DNA from: Octopus bimaculoides
Taxonomy: Eukaryota
Length of the DNA: 52,558 nucleotides
Assembly (NCBI RefSeq): GCF_001194135.2
Contig: NC_068992.1
Coordinates: 46,587,836-46,640,393 of the forward strand
Direction of reading: 5' to 3'
Below, piece after piece: positions 48,913-52,558 of this stretch; position 1 is the first letter of the stretch, and the number at the start of each line of letters is the position of its first letter. The notes below the pieces were generated by a model. It was given only the letters and a program-made list of their open reading frames with translations, was not told the origin of the DNA and searched no databases. The position numbers were made by a program, and so were the translations under genes.

Positions 48913-49540
48913 AATAAAAGAATATATGTGTGTGTATGCGTGTGTGTATGTATGCATGTATGTATTTAAACATACGGACATATACATTCTAACCAATAGC
49001 ATACACACACACATAAATCCCAAATGCGCAAAACGGATAAATGCAAGTATCTTTGTACCTAACCATCTTCATGTTTTATACGTACACAAAAAGACAGGCG
49101 CATATTATATATATATATATATAATATTATATACACGTGTAATATGTGTGTGTATGTACGTATACACACAGAAATATTGATATTATTAGATAAATTAACC
49201 AACTGATCACTATTTACGGAAGGAAATGAGTAATTTTAAATTTCATACGGTGGAATTAAAGAAGCTTGTAATGCAGGTGTTTTTTTTAATTCCCTTTAGG
49301 CTTCAGTAATATTTAAAGGAAAATAAAAGATATAATGACATGAATATTAATTTAATCTTCTACAATGTGAAATGTCAAGTTTAAAGAAGAGAAAAAATAA
49401 CACTCTCATGTTTGATTTGATAAATGGACTAAATTAGAACCTAACCGTCTTTCATTTTCCTCACCGTTTTTCATAATTTGTCGGTTTGAATGCATCTGCT
49501 CCCAATACGCACTTAATCTTTACTTATAGGTACATACAAC

Positions 49541-49571
<31 letters not shown>

Positions 49572-51112
49572 CATACATATACGCGAAAGGATTCTTGTAT
49601 TTGTGAACTTGTAAGCGACTTGCCATCAGCGCCACATCCAACACCGTTACCAATTTAGTCATCATAGTAATCACCAACACAAACTCTTGCGTGTGTGTGT
49701 GTATGTATTTGTGCGTGCGTGCAGTAAGCAAGAAATCGGATTTTCAAGGCAGTTAGATTGAGAATACATCCTGTTAGATGGAAAAAGAAGCTAGTTCGTT
49801 GTAGGTTCAAGCGACAGATAACATTAATACTTCCTTTTCGTTGGAAATACTTCAGCAACGTAAAATGAAATGGTTTTGCTGAAGGGCATAAATCACTGCT
49901 CACACCTAGATCAGAACGCGTTACCTAAGATTATCAGTTCAACACTGTAAACACAATGCTTTCAATTACGCCATCTCCTCACATAGACACATAGATCTGT
50001 GTATGTGCATAGATATGTGCATGCATGTATGTGTGTGTATACATTTCTATATTGTTGGATGTGTGTGAATGATTTTTCTTGTATATTTCCTAATAAATCA
50101 TTTGCCCGTATTTCACTTTTGTTGTTTATTTTATTTATTTTACTAATGATCAATTTTAATAACATTTATAATTTATTTTTCTGAGATGTAATTAACAACC
50201 TCAACCCGTCCCTATCTGACTAATAAAGAGAGGAAATGGCTATTTAAATCATAAAACTGCCTGACGCCACTGACTGGTGTAGTGAAACATAATGACGTCA
50301 CTTGAGTACTTCAGCTCACAACATATACAGCATCAACGAGAATAGACGAAAATCCATCAGTCCTTGGTGGTCGAAAATTATCATGATTGCTTCCTAATCT
50401 TTTCGTATCCAACTAAACTTTCTCTCATTTCCTCTGATGGAAATATTGTGATGTAATTTCAATTAATTACGGACATCTTTCATTATTTCGGTCGGAAGAA
50501 CGAAATAGGAAAGCATGAACGCTCTTACGCTTGTGTGTATATAATATAATATGTCGACCGCTTTCTACATCGTTTCAGAGATGACGTTCCGGGAATGTAG
50601 TTGTTACATCAACATAAATTTTAGAAATTAATGAATATGATAATTATCTTCCGACGAAACAAATTACTTCTGTCTTCACTTGTGCTATTACAGACTGAGT
50701 TCAAGTCCTACCCGATTTGTCTTCCATCCTTATGCGGCCAGCAAAGTAAAGAACAGAATTATTAAAGTATCAGAGAGGTGCATTGTGGTATTTGTTTAAA
50801 AATTCTTTACGTTCAGAGTTCCTGGATAGCAGACCTTGTCATTCAGTGTATCCACCTGGTTCTAGAATGTGTTCAGGGAGATCACCCTTTTGTGATTTTC
50901 GATCTGAATACGACTACCAGCCATTTCTTCTACTAGTGTTGTAGACATCGGCAAAAAAAACAGATAAGCACGTCGCTTCATTCTTTAATCAGAGGTAAAA
51001 TAAAACAATAAAATTAAACGAGTCCTTGAGAAATTTAAGAGCACGCACAAATGTGTTTATAACATCAGAAAAATCTCTCTGTGTATGTAACATTCGTGTA
51101 TCTATGCCTGTA

Positions 51113-51146
<34 letters not shown>

Positions 51147-51414
51147 TGTGTGTGTGTGTGTATGTGTGTGTGTGTGTGTGTGTGTTTGCGCGCAAACGCA
51201 CGTGTTATAACTAATCTTTTATAGCCTAAGAACTGCAGGTGTCAGAAGTGACCGACAGCCTGACAACTCCCATATCAATGCATAATGAACGTCTTGCACG
51301 CTCGAAGTTCAAACAGCACCAGAATCCTCTTTAATCTTCTAATGTTAATCGAAAAAATTAGATTCCATTTTTATCATGCATTGGACAACTACGTCAACAC
51401 TAATATTGGGTTTA

Positions 51415-51490
51415 AGATTTTGCACAAGGCCACTAATGTCAGGCTAGTCGTTGAGTCGATTATCTCCACCCAGTGTAGATTAAGTATGAG
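51415..51490 (-). mobile_element. Family B SINE 3' remnant, highly decayed
   Basis: gcacaaggcc...gagtcgattatctccacccagtg resembles the reverse-complemented 3' part seen at 30285-30340. Confidence 0.4.
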
Positions 51491-52514
51491 TAGGGTCTGT
51501 GAGGACGTCTATTTCTGCTCGCGACTGAACAGGCATCTAAAATACTTCGCGAAATCAGATTGCGTTTGACAAGGTATACTCTTTTGCTATTGACAGATAT
51601 CTGTACTTCAACTTTGATCAATCAGTATTCTGTAATCCCATATTATTGCAGACGAAATATACTTAAATTAACCGCAAAAGTAAGATCAAATAAAACAGAC
51701 ATATGATTAAAAAGATCCCATAAGACACCGTCCTTATCTTTTATACGTCTATGGCAAAATTATCCACTGACTTAAAATTTGTTTCTTAGATGCTCGGTTA
51801 CGCATTGAGAAAGACTTGTTTGATATTTCTAACTGGGTAACGACTCCTATATATTCCATAAATTGCTGTATCGTTGTGTAATTAATCATGAGTAAGACAT
51901 CAATTGCAATGGATTATGGTCGAACACAGAATAGTTCAATAAAGAATAGAAACAGCATCTCTCAGAAAATAATTTTATCGAAATTTTCCATCATGCATAA
52001 AAAAATTCGCTGATTCTGAAATATTTTGCAAGCAAATGAATGTCACATGTATTTCAAATAAGAAACATTGAAAACCCTGAAGTACTTGTGATGTGAAATT
52101 GAGGACAATTAAGACATACGGTGTTTGGATAAATTCATTTTCAGATATTTACAAAAAAGAAGCCAATAACAATACAAACAATTAATGATAATAGTAATAA
52201 AATTAGACAAAATGTATGAAATGAAATAATGGGAGAAATAAAAGAAAACTGAAGGATAAATGAAATAAAAAATAAACAAGATTTCTGCATTTGTTTAATT
52301 ATACAAAATCTTATTTGTTGATACATTAAATTTAAGTAGGTAATTAAGATAGGTAGGAGAAAAGGAAGCAGAATAAAAACAGTGAATTAATTAATTACAC
52401 CTCCATCATCGGAAAGAAAAAATCGCTAATTTTTTCCATTTTCGAAGCAAAGAATGTGTGATAAATGTAATTTCAGTTATACATCACTGATCCACACACA
52501 CACACACACACACG

Positions 52515-52558
<44 letters not shown>

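Noticed and set aside
50293-50300. Perfect CRE site TGACGTCA
   Set aside because: A single 8-mer is not far from chance expectation in about 48 kb and has no promoter context.

Overview
AT-rich eukaryotic non-coding DNA, about 4.2 kb (8%) of it N gaps, most of them flanked by microsatellites. The repeat families and the compound (CA)/(TA)/(GT) microsatellite style strongly suggest an octopod (Octopus-type) genome; this is inference from recognition, not a search. No intact protein-coding gene, rRNA, tRNA or CRISPR array is supportable, and almost all ORFs in the supplied track are microsatellite or N artefacts. The window reads as a long intron or intergenic tract filled with decayed transposons: Penelope-like pieces (GIY-YIG end at 3-179, RT-thumb relic at 9889-10110, pyrimidine-rich 3' regions with hammerhead-like cores at 11278, 12372 and 48441), a Tc1 relic fused to a mariner 3' end (17847-18830), two CR1-type LINE 3' fragments, an L1/Tx1 RT (YADD) relic, about ten tRNA-type SINE copies in three families, and two inverted-repeat (MITE-like) elements. 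The best leads are a pre-miRNA-like hairpin (5809-5876), the hammerhead relics, a MITE whose 36-bp perfect inverted repeat carries octamer and CCAAT motifs (29234-29627), a near-complete 350-bp foldback (31127-31475), and several micro-exon-like signals that may mark an unseen host gene. None of these demonstrates a new system from sequence alone.
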